64,000 bases of DNA from Bacteroidales bacterium (GTDB taxonomy: Bacteria; Bacteroidota; Bacteroidia; Bacteroidales; GCA-2748055): the NCBI GenBank assembly GCA_029931975.1, contig JAOZQY010000009.1, forward strand, positions 8,328 to 72,327, in the 5' to 3' direction. The translations under genes and the position numbers were made by a program. The notes beneath the pieces were generated by a model. That model searched no databases. It was not told where the DNA came from and saw only the letters and a list, made by a program, of their open reading frames with translations. Shown here piece by piece: positions 37,921 through 48,428 of the stretch. Positions within the stretch are counted from its first letter, which is position 1; each line of letters begins with the position of its first letter.

Positions 37921-38940
37921 ATGGAAGAAGATTTAGAATTCAGGGATAAGACATTGTCGGATAAGGAGCAGGAAATAGAAGCCCGTTTAAGACCAGAAAT
38001 TTTTTCAGATTTTGATGGACAGAAGAAGATCGTAGAAAATCTAAAAATCTTTGTGAAGGCGGCCAGGTTAAGGGATGAAGCCCTGGATCACGTGCTCTTG
38101 CACGGTCCTCCCGGATTGGGAAAAACCACTTTGGCCCACATTATTGCCAACGAAATGGAGGTAGGTATTAAGATTACTTCCGGACCTGTACTTGATAAGC
38201 CCGGCGATCTTGCAGGATTGCTGACCGGATTGGAAGAGGGGGATGTGCTGTTTATTGATGAAATTCACAGGCTCTCGCCCATCGTAGAAGAATACCTTTA
38301 TTCGGCCATGGAAGATTATTTTATTGATATTATGATTGATAAAGGGCCGGCAGCCCGCTCGGTTCAACTTACACTACAGCCTTTTACTCTGATTGGCGCC
38401 ACTACAAGATCAGGTTTGTTAACCGGCCCCCTTCGGGCCAGGTTTGGAATTAAATCTTTACTTGAGTATTATGATGCTGATATACTCACCGGTATAGTGC
38501 TTAGATCTTCGACCATACTCAAAGTGGATATTAGTAACGATGCAGCTATGGAAATAGCCTCCAGGAGTCGCGGTACACCTCGAATTGCCAATGCTTTGCT
38601 TAGAAGAATCCGGGATTTTGCCCAGGTGAAGGGGAGCGGGAGCATAGATATGGAGATTACCAGGTATGGGCTGGATGCCTTAAATATTGATCAATCGGGG
38701 CTGGATGAAATGGACAATAAGATTCTTGCCACTATTATTGATAAGTTTTCGGGTGGACCGGTGGGTTTAACTACAATAGCAACGGCTGTTGGAGAAGAAG
38801 CAGGAACCATCGAAGAGGTATATGAGCCCTTCTTAATTAAGGAGGGATACATTAAACGAACACCCAGGGGAAGAGAAGTAACAAGCAATGCATATGAACA
38901 CCTTGGCAAATATAGAGATAGTCAGAACTTTTTATTTTGA
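37921..38940 (+). CDS. ruvB: Holliday junction branch migration ATPase
   Basis: Walker [12 protein letters not shown], Walker [10 protein letters not shown] and sensor/RuvB C-terminal domain [12 protein letters not shown]. Confidence 0.95.
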   Translation: MEEDLEFRDKTLSDKEQEIEARLRPEIFSDFDGQKKIVENLKIFVKAARLRDEALDHVLLHGPPGLGKTTLAHIIANEMEVGIKITSGPVLDKPGDLAGLLTGLEEGDVLFIDEIHRLSPIVEEYLYSAMEDYFIDIMIDKGPAARSVQLTLQPFTLIGATTRSGLLTGPLRARFGIKSLLEYYDADILTGIVLRSSTILKVDISNDAAMEIASRSRGTPRIANALLRRIRDFAQVKGSGSIDMEITRYGLDALNIDQSGLDEMDNKILATIIDKFSGGPVGLTTIATAVGEEAGTIEEVYEPFLIKEGYIKRTPRGREVTSNAYEHLGKYRDSQNFLF

Positions 38941-38949
38941 TATTTTGTA

Positions 38950-38957
38950 TATATTTG
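38950..38957 (+). promoter_or_regulatory. -7 box TATATTTG upstream of the 73-aa membrane ORF
   Basis: Matches TAnnTTTG, 23 nt before ATG 38980. Confidence 0.4.
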
Positions 38958-38979
38958 TGGGGAATTGAATTATCAATAG

Positions 38980-39201
38980 ATGAAAGCCCGCAGTTTACTG
39001 CGGGAAGAATCAAATAGACATGCAGTTATGTTAAAAGATTTATTGAAGAATGCGGGACTTTTGGTTATACTGTTAGGTGTAATTATTTTGAGTATTGTGG
39101 TTTTAACCGGAACACAAACCAATACTCAACTGTCACTTAGTTTAGGACTGATCGTTTTAGGTCTGCTGGCCCATATTGTCATCAATAAAATGGTTGACTG
39201 A
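38980..39201 (+). CDS. small two-TM membrane protein, hypothetical
   Basis: 73-aa ORF with two hydrophobic helices (LLVILLGVIILSIVVL and LGLIVLGLLAHIVI). TATATTTG box 23 nt upstream. Confidence 0.45.
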   Translation: MKARSLLREESNRHAVMLKDLLKNAGLLVILLGVIILSIVVLTGTQTNTQLSLSLGLIVLGLLAHIVINKMVD

Positions 39202-39210
39202 TCTGAATGG

Positions 39211-39915
39211 TTAAATATTGGCTATGTGCTTCAATCCTGGTTTGTCCAGGATTTTTATTTTCCTGCCGTTTAATTCTATATAGCCCCGGGATTTGAATTC
39301 CGATAATAGCCTGATAATAGATTCTGTAGCAGTGCCAACGATATTGGATAATTCTTCCCGGGTAAGTGATATATTAAGAATTCCCTGAGAATCTTCACTA
39401 AACTCATCATCCAGATGGATCAGTATTTCAGCCAGCCGCTCTTTCACTGTTTTTTGTGCAATATCCGTAATATAGGAGTTGGCTTCTCCAAGTTCCTTGC
39501 AGGTGAGCTTCATAAGCTCCAACGCAAAATCACCGTTATTTTTTACAAGATTAAATAAAATTTCAGCTGGTATATGACACAGGACACATTCTTTGATAAC
39601 TTCTGTGGTTGTGCATGCGGGTTCATTACTTATCACTGAACGATATCCAATAATATCGCCGGGTTTGGCAAAGCGTATAATCTGTTCTTTCCCGTCAAAT
39701 CCGGTTTGATATATCTTTATGATGCCTGACTGGACACAACAAAAGCCTTTCATTCGGGTTCCTTCTCTGTAGATGATAGAGCCTCTTTTGTGTGTTTCTG
39801 TTATCTTATTTAACATAATTTCGTGAAGCTCCCCCTCGGCCAGGTGGTGAAAAATTGAATGAGTTCGGTTAGTGCAGGAATCACAGCTTAAATCAAAAAA
39901 GTTCTCTTGCATCAT
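39211..39915 (-). CDS. Crp/Fnr-family transcriptional regulator
   Basis: cNMP-binding-like beta-roll (RGSIIYREGTRMKGFCCVQSGIIKIY) and C-terminal HTH (TREELSNIVGTATESIIRLLSEF). N-terminal CDSC pair. Confidence 0.85.
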   Translation of the reverse strand: MMQENFFDLSCDSCTNRTHSIFHHLAEGELHEIMLNKITETHKRGSIIYREGTRMKGFCCVQSGIIKIYQTGFDGKEQIIRFAKPGDIIGYRSVISNEPACTTTEVIKECVLCHIPAEILFNLVKNNGDFALELMKLTCKELGEANSYITDIAQKTVKERLAEILIHLDDEFSEDSQGILNISLTREELSNIVGTATESIIRLLSEFKSRGYIELNGRKIKILDKPGLKHIANI

Positions 39916-39947
39916 GAAAGGGAGGTTATGGAGTGAACAGGTCTTTT

Positions 39948-40967
39948 TTAATAGGCTGCCTGGAATTGCTCGAGGAAGCGAAGGTCATTCTCAAAGTAGA
40001 GGCGGAGATCTTTTATCTGGTATTTTAGCATGGCCACCCGCTCAATGCCCATTCCAAAGGCAAAACCAGTGTACTTTATCGAATCAATATTGTTGTATTC
40101 CAAAACATTGGGGTCGACCATGCCACAGCCAAGAATTTCTAGCCAGCCTGTATATTTACATACATTGCATCCCTTGCCACCACAGATTTGACAACTGATA
40201 TCCATCTCTGCAGAAGGTTCTGTGAATGGAAAATATGAAGGGCGAAGACGGATCTCCACATGCTTACCAAACATTTCACGGGCAAAATATAGCAGGGTCT
40301 GCTTCAGATCGGCAAAGGAGACGTTTTCATCAATATAGAGACCTTCAACCTGGTGAAAAATACAATGGGCCCTGGCCGAAATAGCTTCATTTCTAAAAAC
40401 CCTTCCGGGAGAGATGGTGCGAATGGGCAGGGATTCTTTTTCCATCACCCTTACCTGCACTGAGGATGTGTGTGTTCTGAGCAGGATATCAGGATCTTTT
40501 TCAATAAAGAAGGTATCCTGCATATCCCGTGCCGGATGCTCCGGAGGGAAATTCAGCGCGGAGAAAACATGCCAGTCATTTTCAATTTCTGGTCCTTCGG
40601 AGATGGTATACCCCAATCTTCCAAAAATGGAGATAATTTCATTGCGGACAATGGAGATGGGATGTCTGGCCCCGAGAGCAAGGGGTGGGCCGGGCAGGGA
40701 TAGATCCTGACCATCTTCCTGAACGCCCTCTTCACCAAGATTCTCCAGCTGGGTTTCTATTTTTTTCAAGACGAATTGCTTCAACTGGTTGATTTTCTGT
40801 CCGGTTTCTTTCTTTTGATGAGCAGGAACCTCTTTGAAACGTGCAAACAAATCGGAAAGAAGTCCTTTTTTACCCAGAAACTTGATTCGGAACTGTTCTA
40901 TTTCCTCCTTTGTTCCGGCTTTAAATTGCCTGGCCTCCTCAAGAAGTTTTTCAATATTTTGAAGCAT
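39948..40967 (-). CDS. pheS: phenylalanine--tRNA ligase alpha subunit
   Basis: Class II motifs: HPARDMQDTFF, RTHTSSVQ, FRNEAISARAHCIFHQVEG and GFAFGMGIERVAML. Confidence 0.95.
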   Translation of the reverse strand: MLQNIEKLLEEARQFKAGTKEEIEQFRIKFLGKKGLLSDLFARFKEVPAHQKKETGQKINQLKQFVLKKIETQLENLGEEGVQEDGQDLSLPGPPLALGARHPISIVRNEIISIFGRLGYTISEGPEIENDWHVFSALNFPPEHPARDMQDTFFIEKDPDILLRTHTSSVQVRVMEKESLPIRTISPGRVFRNEAISARAHCIFHQVEGLYIDENVSFADLKQTLLYFAREMFGKHVEIRLRPSYFPFTEPSAEMDISCQICGGKGCNVCKYTGWLEILGCGMVDPNVLEYNNIDSIKYTGFAFGMGIERVAMLKYQIKDLRLYFENDLRFLEQFQAAY

Positions 40968-41006
40968 ATATGTGTGAATTTGAGATATAAAGGTAAAAAT
41001 ACCTTC

Positions 41007-41687
41007 TTATTTGATAAGGGAAATGGAATAGGTTACATCGTCAATGGGTCGCATATAGGGATCGCATGCCCGGGAAGCAATAGAATCGATTATATCCATA
41101 CCTTCTATCACCTCCCCGAAAACAGAGTATGCCCCATCCAGGTGAGGCGTTCCGCCCAGGCTTGTGTAAATTGTTGCACTCTCTTCAGTAAATGTTGCTA
41201 CCCCTCTTTGACTCATTATATTGATCTCCTCAGCAGTAAGAACCCTCCCCTGAACAATATAAAACTGGGAACCGGAAGAAGCCTGTTCCGGATTTTCGCG
41301 ATCTCCCTTTCGGGCCGCAGCCAGGGCTCCTTTTTTATGTATCAGCTTTGGATTGAATTCAGCGGGTACCGTATAACCGGGCCCTCCTGTGCCAAGGCGT
41401 TGTCCTTTTTCGGCACCTACAGAGTGAGGATCTCCCCCTTGAATCATAAAATCTTTAATAACCCTGTGAAACAATTGATCCTTGTAGAACCCTTCTTTAA
41501 TAAGCTTGATCATATTGTCGCGGTGAGCGGGTGTAGCGTCATACAGGCGGATGACCATGTCGCCCAGGGATGTCTCAATTTTTATAAGATGCATACCCGC
41601 CGTATCCTGTGCCTGAAGTTTAAGACCAGGAGAGTTTATCATGATCAAAAGCGAAACAATCGGGATCGACAGATATTTCTTCATCAT
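41007..41687 (-). CDS. cyclophilin-type peptidyl-prolyl isomerase, secreted
   Basis: FHRVIKDFMIQGGDP, GSQFYIV and VFGEVIEGMDIID, with a signal peptide. Confidence 0.9.
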   Translation of the reverse strand: MMKKYLSIPIVSLLIMINSPGLKLQAQDTAGMHLIKIETSLGDMVIRLYDATPAHRDNMIKLIKEGFYKDQLFHRVIKDFMIQGGDPHSVGAEKGQRLGTGGPGYTVPAEFNPKLIHKKGALAAARKGDRENPEQASSGSQFYIVQGRVLTAEEINIMSQRGVATFTEESATIYTSLGGTPHLDGAYSVFGEVIEGMDIIDSIASRACDPYMRPIDDVTYSISLIK

Positions 41688-41732
41688 AATGATGTATTTT
41701 TAATGTGGATAATATCTGTAAAGATAGAACGA

Positions 41733-44027
41733 ATGTTGAAAAATTGTTTCATACTGGGAGTTTTTGCCATAATGCCATTTATGCTTGCGGGTCAGACCGT
41801 TGGGCTGGTGTTAAGCGGAGGTGGATCTAAAGGACTAGCTCATATAGGGGTGATCAAGGCCCTGGAAGAGAGCGGGATTCCCATCGATTATATTGGCGGC
41901 ACGTCCATGGGGGCAATTGTTGGCGCTTGTTATGCCATGGGAATGACCACAGACGAGATCATAGAGATTGTACGTTCCGAAGATTTCAACTATTGGATTA
42001 GCGGCACCCTGGAAGAGGAGTACAAATATTATTTTAAGGCTGAGGATCCCGGACCGGATATTTTTAATGTGGGGCTAGATATGAAAGATACTGTACCCAA
42101 AACCAGGATCCCACTAAGCGTTATTCCCAACTATCTAATGGATTTTGCGTTTATGGAGATCTATTCCAGAGCCAGTGCGGCAGCTGCTTATGATTTTGAC
42201 AAGCTCTTTATTCCCTTTCTCTGCAATGGTGCGGATATAAGTAACAGCAAGGAGGTTCTATTTCGAAATGGCGATCTTGCTCAGGCAGTAAGGGCCTCCA
42301 TGACTGTTCCTCTTTATTTCAGACCTATCGTGATGGATGGGAATATTATGTATGATGGCGGTATTTATAATAATTTTCCGGTACAACATGTGATCGATGA
42401 ATTTAATCCTGATGTAATTATTGGTAGTAAGGCTGCTCAGGGAAATATGCCCCCGGATGAATTTGATATTTTGGCACAGATTGAAAACCTGGTCATGAAA
42501 CCATCCAATTATCAAATTGATTCGACCCGGGGGATATTGCTCGATATGAATTTTAAAAAGCAATCTCTGCTGGCCTTTGATAAGCTGGACGAGTTCGTGG
42601 AGGTGGGCTATAATATTACCATGGAAAAGATAGACAGCATTAGAATGCTGGTGGGTGAGCGCACCGAAGATACCACAGATTTGCGAAAGAGAAGGGAAGC
42701 TTTTGTTAACTCAATTCCTGAGCTACGGTTCAATGAAGTTGAAATTGAAGGTCTGAACGGTAGCCAGAGGGATTATGTGGAGCGTAGCCTTTTTTTCTCC
42801 GATTCTATTTCGGATGTGAAGGAGATGAAAACTGAATACTTAAAACTGGTGCATGATAAAAGTCTTTTCTATCTATATCCAAGAGCGGTGTACAAACCGG
42901 AAGACAGCCTGTTCAAGATGAAACTCAGGGTGATACCTCAGACTCCCCTGGAAGGCCGGTTTGGACTCTTTTTTTCAACCACGGGGCTGGCTCAGACTTA
43001 CCTGGGGTTCAGTTACAGGCAGCTTTCGGAGGTGAGCACCCATCTGAAAGGAAGTATACAGTTTGGCAGGTTTTACAATGGAGTAAATCTGGGATTTAGG
43101 TTTGATTATCCTGCAAGAACTCCTCTGTTTTTTAAAGGGAACTTTAACTATAACGGGTTTCAGTATAACAGCTACAACACCAATTTCTTTTTCGAGGACC
43201 TGCAGCCCTCCTATATTACTGAAGATGAGATTAATTTCCGTTTTGATGTGGGGATGCCCCATCGGATCAATGGTGTTCTGAAGGCCGGTGTTGGTATTGG
43301 CAGGAACAAGGAGATCTACTATATGACAAAGAATTTTTCATCTATCGACACTTCTGAGGTTTCCAATGTGAACAAGATCTCGCTCTATGTGGCCAGCGAA
43401 CGAAACACATTGAATAATAAACAGTTTGCTACTGAAGGAATGCAACGTATTCATTCCCTACGGGTGGGTTATGGAGCAGAATACTATTATCCGGGTTCAA
43501 CCGCGCGGGTAGAAAACAATGAAAGGAATAACTATTACTGGCTATCGGCAAGGTTTGAGAACCATGGTTATATTCGAATGAAGAGCTCTTTTTCCCTGGG
43601 GTATTATGCCAGGGCCCAGGCTACGTTTAAACCCTTGTTGAGCAATTATTATTCTACGGTAATTGAGGCTCCGGTTTTCCAACCCAATATGATAACTAAG
43701 GGCCTCTTTATGGAACATTACCGGGCCCACCAGTTTATTGCCCTGGGCTTGATGCCGGTTTATAGTATCACAAAACAGGTTCATGTGAAGTTCGAAGTCT
43801 ATACTTATTTTCCTGTTCAGGAGATTTTAAGGGACCTAAACGATGAAGCTTATTTAGGCAACTATTTTAAAAGCATGAATACCATGTTTCACAGTTCAAT
43901 CAACTTTGTAACCGTGGCCGGACCGGTCTCCTTTCACCTGGGATATATCACCCGTGAAGAGAATCCCTGGGTTTTTCAATTAAGTTTTGGTTACTTGCTG
44001 TTTAATAAAAAATCATCCGACGAGTGA
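41733..44027 (+). CDS. patatin-like phospholipase with a C-terminal Omp85-like beta-barrel region
   Basis: GLVLSGGGSKGLAHIGV (oxyanion), GTSMGA (GxSxG) and MYDGG (catalytic Asp). Start set to ATG 41733 (MLKNCFILGVFAIMPFMLAGQ signal peptide). The listed 1083-aa ORF start at 40776 is antisense read-through. Confidence 0.85.
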   Translation: MLKNCFILGVFAIMPFMLAGQTVGLVLSGGGSKGLAHIGVIKALEESGIPIDYIGGTSMGAIVGACYAMGMTTDEIIEIVRSEDFNYWISGTLEEEYKYYFKAEDPGPDIFNVGLDMKDTVPKTRIPLSVIPNYLMDFAFMEIYSRASAAAAYDFDKLFIPFLCNGADISNSKEVLFRNGDLAQAVRASMTVPLYFRPIVMDGNIMYDGGIYNNFPVQHVIDEFNPDVIIGSKAAQGNMPPDEFDILAQIENLVMKPSNYQIDSTRGILLDMNFKKQSLLAFDKLDEFVEVGYNITMEKIDSIRMLVGERTEDTTDLRKRREAFVNSIPELRFNEVEIEGLNGSQRDYVERSLFFSDSISDVKEMKTEYLKLVHDKSLFYLYPRAVYKPEDSLFKMKLRVIPQTPLEGRFGLFFSTTGLAQTYLGFSYRQLSEVSTHLKGSIQFGRFYNGVNLGFRFDYPARTPLFFKGNFNYNGFQYNSYNTNFFFEDLQPSYITEDEINFRFDVGMPHRINGVLKAGVGIGRNKEIYYMTKNFSSIDTSEVSNVNKISLYVASERNTLNNKQFATEGMQRIHSLRVGYGAEYYYPGSTARVENNERNNYYWLSARFENHGYIRMKSSFSLGYYARAQATFKPLLSNYYSTVIEAPVFQPNMITKGLFMEHYRAHQFIALGLMPVYSITKQVHVKFEVYTYFPVQEILRDLNDEAYLGNYFKSMNTMFHSSINFVTVAGPVSFHLGYITREENPWVFQLSFGYLLFNKKSSDE

Positions 44028-44046
44028 TAGGTGCATCGGATAATGC

Positions 44047-44054
44047 TACTTTTG
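44047..44054 (+). promoter_or_regulatory. -7 box TACTTTTG upstream of the flippase gene
   Basis: Matches TAnnTTTG, 20 nt before TTG 44074. Confidence 0.4.
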
Positions 44055-44073
44055 CAAAAAGTTTGCTGTCCCA

Positions 44074-45546
44074 TTGAAAAATCCCATTAAACAACTATTC
44101 GGGCAAACCGCTGTATATGGACTGGGAATTGTGCTGCCTCGCCTGCTCAACTACCTCTTACTGACTCCTTTTTATACCAGGATTTTTGATAGGGCCACCT
44201 ATGGGGTAATTACAGAGCTCTATGCTTATGTGGTTTTTCTCCTTGTAATACTGAGCTATGGGATGGAGACCGGATATTTCAGGTATGCCAGCAATTCGGA
44301 ACAGAAAGAAAAAGTATATAGCACCGTACTCAGCTCCCTTTTTGTTACCTCCCTTGTATTCATTGTGCTTGCTCTTACATGGTCGGGTCCCATTAGCAGC
44401 ACCATGGGGTATGGGCAGCATCCTGAATATATCAAATGGTTGGCCGCCATAGTGGGCATAGACGCCTTTACGACCATTCCTTTTGCCAGGATCAGGCTTC
44501 GCAATCAGCCCATTAAATATGCTATAATACGTATTGCTGAAGTAACGATTAATATTGGACTGAACCTCTTCTTTCTTCGCTACTGTCCGCGTCATGCCGA
44601 TTCGGAACTGGTGTCCCTTATTTATAATGAAAACATTGGTGTAGGCTATGTTCTTATTTCCAACCTTGTTGCATCAGCTGTAAAGCTACTTCTCCTTATT
44701 CCGGAAATCCTGGGGGCATTTCGTTCTCGCTTTGATAAGAGCCTGTTCAGAGAGATTCTGAAGTATTCTTATCCCCTGCTTATTGCCGGACTGGCCGGTA
44801 CGGTAAATGAGGCCCTCGACAGGGTTCTTTTGAAACATTTAATCCCATTGGAACAAAACCCCATGGAACAACTCGGTATTTATGGCGCTAACTATAAACT
44901 GGCTGTTCTGATGACCCTGTTTGTTCAGATGTTTAAGTACGCAGCTGAGCCTTTCTTTTTTTCAAAATCTGGAGATAAGGATGCCAGGAAACTTTATGCA
45001 GATGTAATGATGTTTTTTGTGGTGGCCGGACTCTTTATATTCTTGCTGGTCAATCTGTATTTGGACTATTTTATACTTTTTATAGGGTCAGATTTCAGGG
45101 AGGGAGTCCAAATTGTTCCGGTGGTTTTAATGGCCAACCTGATGATGGGTATCTTTTTTAATCTTTCCATTTGGTATAAACTGACCAACCTCACCAGGTA
45201 TGGAGCTGTTCTGGTACTATTGGGAGCTATGATAACAGTGTTTGTAAATACGATTTTTATTCCTGTATATGGCTATGTGGCTTCGGCCTGGGCCCACCTG
45301 TTCTGTTATTCAGTTATGGTCCTTGTTTCTTATCTGTGGTCGAGAAAACATTATCCTATTCCCTACAAGGTGGGACGAATCCTGGTATATATCGCTCTTG
45401 CTGTGTTTATTTATCTTATCAATGAACTATTTTTGCAAGAAAGCAGTTTACCAAAAGAGTTATGGTCCTTGTTGCTTTTGGTAAGTTTCGGGGCAATTGT
45501 GATCTGGAGAGAACGAAAGACTTTTAATCATTATAAAAGCGAATAA
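44074..45546 (+). CDS. oligosaccharide/polysaccharide flippase family (MOP superfamily) membrane protein
   Basis: About 14 TM helices. TTG start 20 nt after a TACTTTTG box. The flippase-dut-TPR order is conserved in Bacteroidota. Confidence 0.7.
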   Translation: MKNPIKQLFGQTAVYGLGIVLPRLLNYLLLTPFYTRIFDRATYGVITELYAYVVFLLVILSYGMETGYFRYASNSEQKEKVYSTVLSSLFVTSLVFIVLALTWSGPISSTMGYGQHPEYIKWLAAIVGIDAFTTIPFARIRLRNQPIKYAIIRIAEVTINIGLNLFFLRYCPRHADSELVSLIYNENIGVGYVLISNLVASAVKLLLLIPEILGAFRSRFDKSLFREILKYSYPLLIAGLAGTVNEALDRVLLKHLIPLEQNPMEQLGIYGANYKLAVLMTLFVQMFKYAAEPFFFSKSGDKDARKLYADVMMFFVVAGLFIFLLVNLYLDYFILFIGSDFREGVQIVPVVLMANLMMGIFFNLSIWYKLTNLTRYGAVLVLLGAMITVFVNTIFIPVYGYVASAWAHLFCYSVMVLVSYLWSRKHYPIPYKVGRILVYIALAVFIYLINELFLQESSLPKELWSLLLLVSFGAIVIWRERKTFNHYKSE

Positions 45547-45551
45547 ATACC

Positions 45552-45986
45552 ATGGAAGTAAAAATTGTGAATATTTCAGGAAACGCACTTCCGGACTATA
45601 GTACCCCTTTTTCGGCGGGTATGGATCTGCGGGCAAATCTGGACCAGGCTGTTACATTAAAACCGCTGGAAAGAAAGCTTATACCAACCGGACTGTTTAT
45701 TGAGCTGCCCGGGGGCTTTGAAGCACAAATACGACCAAGAAGTGGACTGGCTTTGAAAAAAGGTATATCTGTGCTAAATACTCCCGGAACCATAGATGCA
45801 GATTATCGCGGAGAAGTAGGAATTATACTTATAAATCTTTCAGGAGAAGAGTTTGTGGTTGAAAATGGTGAACGCATCTGCCAGATGGTTATCAATAAGG
45901 TGGAAAGCATTCAATGGAAGCTGGTCGATTCGCTGGAAGTATCTGACAGGGGAGCCGGAGGATTCGGACATACTGGAACCAATTAG
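45552..45986 (+). CDS. dut: dUTP diphosphatase
   Basis: [23 protein letters not shown] and the C-terminal [10 protein letters not shown]. Confidence 0.95.
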   Translation: MEVKIVNISGNALPDYSTPFSAGMDLRANLDQAVTLKPLERKLIPTGLFIELPGGFEAQIRPRSGLALKKGISVLNTPGTIDADYRGEVGIILINLSGEEFVVENGERICQMVINKVESIQWKLVDSLEVSDRGAGGFGHTGTN

Positions 45987-45993
45987 AAAAAGG

Positions 45994-47694
45994 ATGAAAA
46001 ACAAAGGGTTAATAGCCGCCGTGCTGACATTGGTATTGGGCTTATCCCCGGTAGTATATGCCCAGGAAGATGAACAGAATAATGATTATCAATATGCTTT
46101 GATAGAGGCTGTTAAACAAAAAAACCTGGGAAATTTACCAGAGGCCGTAAAGCTTTATAACCTGGTTATTAAAGATAAGCCCGATTGTGCGATAGCGTAT
46201 TATGAGGTAGGGACCATTTATCTACTTACAAATCAGCAGGATGCAGCTAAAAGAAATCTTGAAGCAGCCTATTCTTTTGATAAAGAAAATTATTGGTATA
46301 CCCTTGCCTATCTGAATGCGCTGGCCGCCCAAAAGGAGTATGAGGTGGCGGTGGATATTCTCAAAGAGAAAATTGATAAGGAAGAGGATAAAACAGAATG
46401 GGAGTATAAGCTTGCTGTGACCTATTTTACAATGGATAAACCAGGAAAAGCCAGGAGAACACTGGAGAAAATAGAGAGAGATAAAGGCTTTAGTGAAAAG
46501 ATTACTTTACTGAAAGCGTCCATTTATGAAAGCGAGGGAAAATTCGAGCTGGCCAGGGAAGAGATTGAAAAGGTGATGGAGATCTTCCCGGAAGCTATAA
46601 AATTTCGGGTTGTAGCCGCGGAACTCTGCTTAAAAAGTGGTGAGGAGGAAGGGGCGGCCAGTTATTACCTGGAAATTCTTGAGGAGGATAGCATGAATAT
46701 TTTTGCACTCACAAATCTGACTGATTATTACAGGAAAAAGGAGGATTATAAAAACAGCTATAAATATCTGGCACGGTCCTTTAAAAGCGATCAGATAGAA
46801 GCGAGTCGTAAAATGGCCATTTTATCCTATTATCTTTCAAAAGAGGATCATGTGAGTAAATATTTCAAGGAACTGGATAGGGTTATAGTGGCTTTTGCTG
46901 AGGCAAATCCAAATGAAAGCGATCTTTGCCTGCTGGCAGCCGATTTCTATATTCAGAATCAGGATTATTACAAAGCCTATACACAGTTGAAGCATTATCT
47001 GGAGCTTCAAAAAGGAAGTTATAATATTTATATGCAGACCATTTTGTTGGCCAATGCTGCTTCCCTGGATGAAGAGGTCATATTTATGTCAGATAAAGCA
47101 CTGAAAGCATACCCCGATAGCTCTGATTTGCGTTTTTTTAAAGGTATTGCGCTTTATCAAAGTGCAGATCATGAGGCTGTTATAGAGAATTTCAAGGGAA
47201 TTTCTTTTGAGAGTTTCTCCTCTGTTGAATATGCTTCACAGGCCAAAATGCTAATTGCTGATGCCTATTATAATATGAAAGAATATACCAGGTCAGATTC
47301 TCTTTATGAATCTTTGATCAGGGAGGAGCCTGAAAACTATATGGTTTTGAACAATTATAGCTATTACCTGGCAGAGCGGGGAGAAAAGCTGGAACAGGCA
47401 AAATCCTGGAGCGCAGATGTGGTCAGGAATAATCCGGATAATGCAACTTTTTTAGATACCTATGCATGGATACTGTATAAAATGGAGTCCTATGATGAGG
47501 CAGAAAAGTATATTCTGTCAGCACTTGATAAGGGAGGGAAAAATGATCCTGATGTAAATGAACATGCGGGCGATATACAAAAAGCCCTTGAAAGCTTTCA
47601 GCTTGCAGAGTCGTATTATTTGAAAGCTATAATATTGGGCGGTAACAGAAAAAGTCTGGAAAGCAAAATTGAAATTTTAAAAACTAAAGAGTGA
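45994..47694 (+). CDS. TPR-repeat protein, secreted
   Basis: Signal peptide MKNKGLIAAVLTLVLGLSPVVYAQ and repeated TPR-like A/Y/L patterns. Start at ATG 45994, because the listed upstream extension overlaps dut. Confidence 0.7.
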   Translation: MKNKGLIAAVLTLVLGLSPVVYAQEDEQNNDYQYALIEAVKQKNLGNLPEAVKLYNLVIKDKPDCAIAYYEVGTIYLLTNQQDAAKRNLEAAYSFDKENYWYTLAYLNALAAQKEYEVAVDILKEKIDKEEDKTEWEYKLAVTYFTMDKPGKARRTLEKIERDKGFSEKITLLKASIYESEGKFELAREEIEKVMEIFPEAIKFRVVAAELCLKSGEEEGAASYYLEILEEDSMNIFALTNLTDYYRKKEDYKNSYKYLARSFKSDQIEASRKMAILSYYLSKEDHVSKYFKELDRVIVAFAEANPNESDLCLLAADFYIQNQDYYKAYTQLKHYLELQKGSYNIYMQTILLANAASLDEEVIFMSDKALKAYPDSSDLRFFKGIALYQSADHEAVIENFKGISFESFSSVEYASQAKMLIADAYYNMKEYTRSDSLYESLIREEPENYMVLNNYSYYLAERGEKLEQAKSWSADVVRNNPDNATFLDTYAWILYKMESYDEAEKYILSALDKGGKNDPDVNEHAGDIQKALESFQLAESYYLKAIILGGNRKSLESKIEILKTKE

Positions 47695-48428
47695 GCAGGC
47701 TTCCTTGGTACATATTGCTTATTGCATTTTTGTTAGTCAGGCAGTGCGGGGTTGTTAAAGAAGCGCTACAACCTAAAGCCCCGGATATGGAAGGGATCGC
47801 CGGGTTGATTCAACAATGTGAGGAAGGAGATACCATAGAGAGTTTATTGATAAGCAAAGCAGAAGCCATTCTTACCTTAGATAATGAAAGATATGAAGTT
47901 AGTATTACGCTGTATTCAAAAAGGGATTCTATTATTTATTTGTCTGCAGTACATGGTGGGTTTGAAATTCTGAGGGCTACGGTTAAGCATGATTCTATTA
48001 AAGTAATTAACAGGTTAAATAAGATAGTATATCGTTCTTCGCTTAAGAGGAAATTTGGATACCAGTACCCGGTAGATTTTGATGATTTACAGAACTTAAT
48101 AACAAATTACTATTTGTGTGACGAACTGGATCGGGCACATGATGATATGCAAAAGCGCCTGGTTTTTGATATGGATGAACTTCATATCAAGAAAAGGATA
48201 AGTTTAAATAGAGAGGGAGGAGCCCTGGATCTATTTGAATTTTACCATCGTAAAACAGGCCAGTATCTATTGGGCGAGCGACTGGAGGATTCGTTCAAAA
48301 TATACTCAAATTTGATGATTACAGAATTCGAAATCATAGCCAGGGGAGGTCTTTATACTTTTAACAGGGATATAAAAGTGAAGATGGAGGTTAACCCAAG
48401 AAAATATGCATTTACAGAGTTGAGATGA
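47691..48428 (+). CDS. DUF4292-type (LolB-like fold) outer-membrane lipoprotein candidate
   Basis: GTG start overlapping the TPR stop. Lipobox-like LLVRQCG. Conserved position between the TPR and M23 genes. Confidence 0.55.
   Translation: MSRLPWYILLIAFLLVRQCGVVKEALQPKAPDMEGIAGLIQQCEEGDTIESLLISKAEAILTLDNERYEVSITLYSKRDSIIYLSAVHGGFEILRATVKHDSIKVINRLNKIVYRSSLKRKFGYQYPVDFDDLQNLITNYYLCDELDRAHDDMQKRLVFDMDELHIKKRISLNREGGALDLFEFYHRKTGQYLLGERLEDSFKIYSNLMITEFEIIARGGLYTFNRDIKVKMEVNPRKYAFTELR

Noticed and set aside
40776-41732. The listed 1083-aa ORF (40776-44027) implies a 319-codon N-terminal extension of the patatin gene.
   Set aside because: The extension is codon-aligned antisense to pheS (first 64 codons) and to the whole PPIase gene. 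It stays open only because those genes lack TTA, CTA and TCA codons there. The translated sequence is low-complexity and unlike any protein. A good signal peptide begins at ATG 41733, just after the PPIase start.
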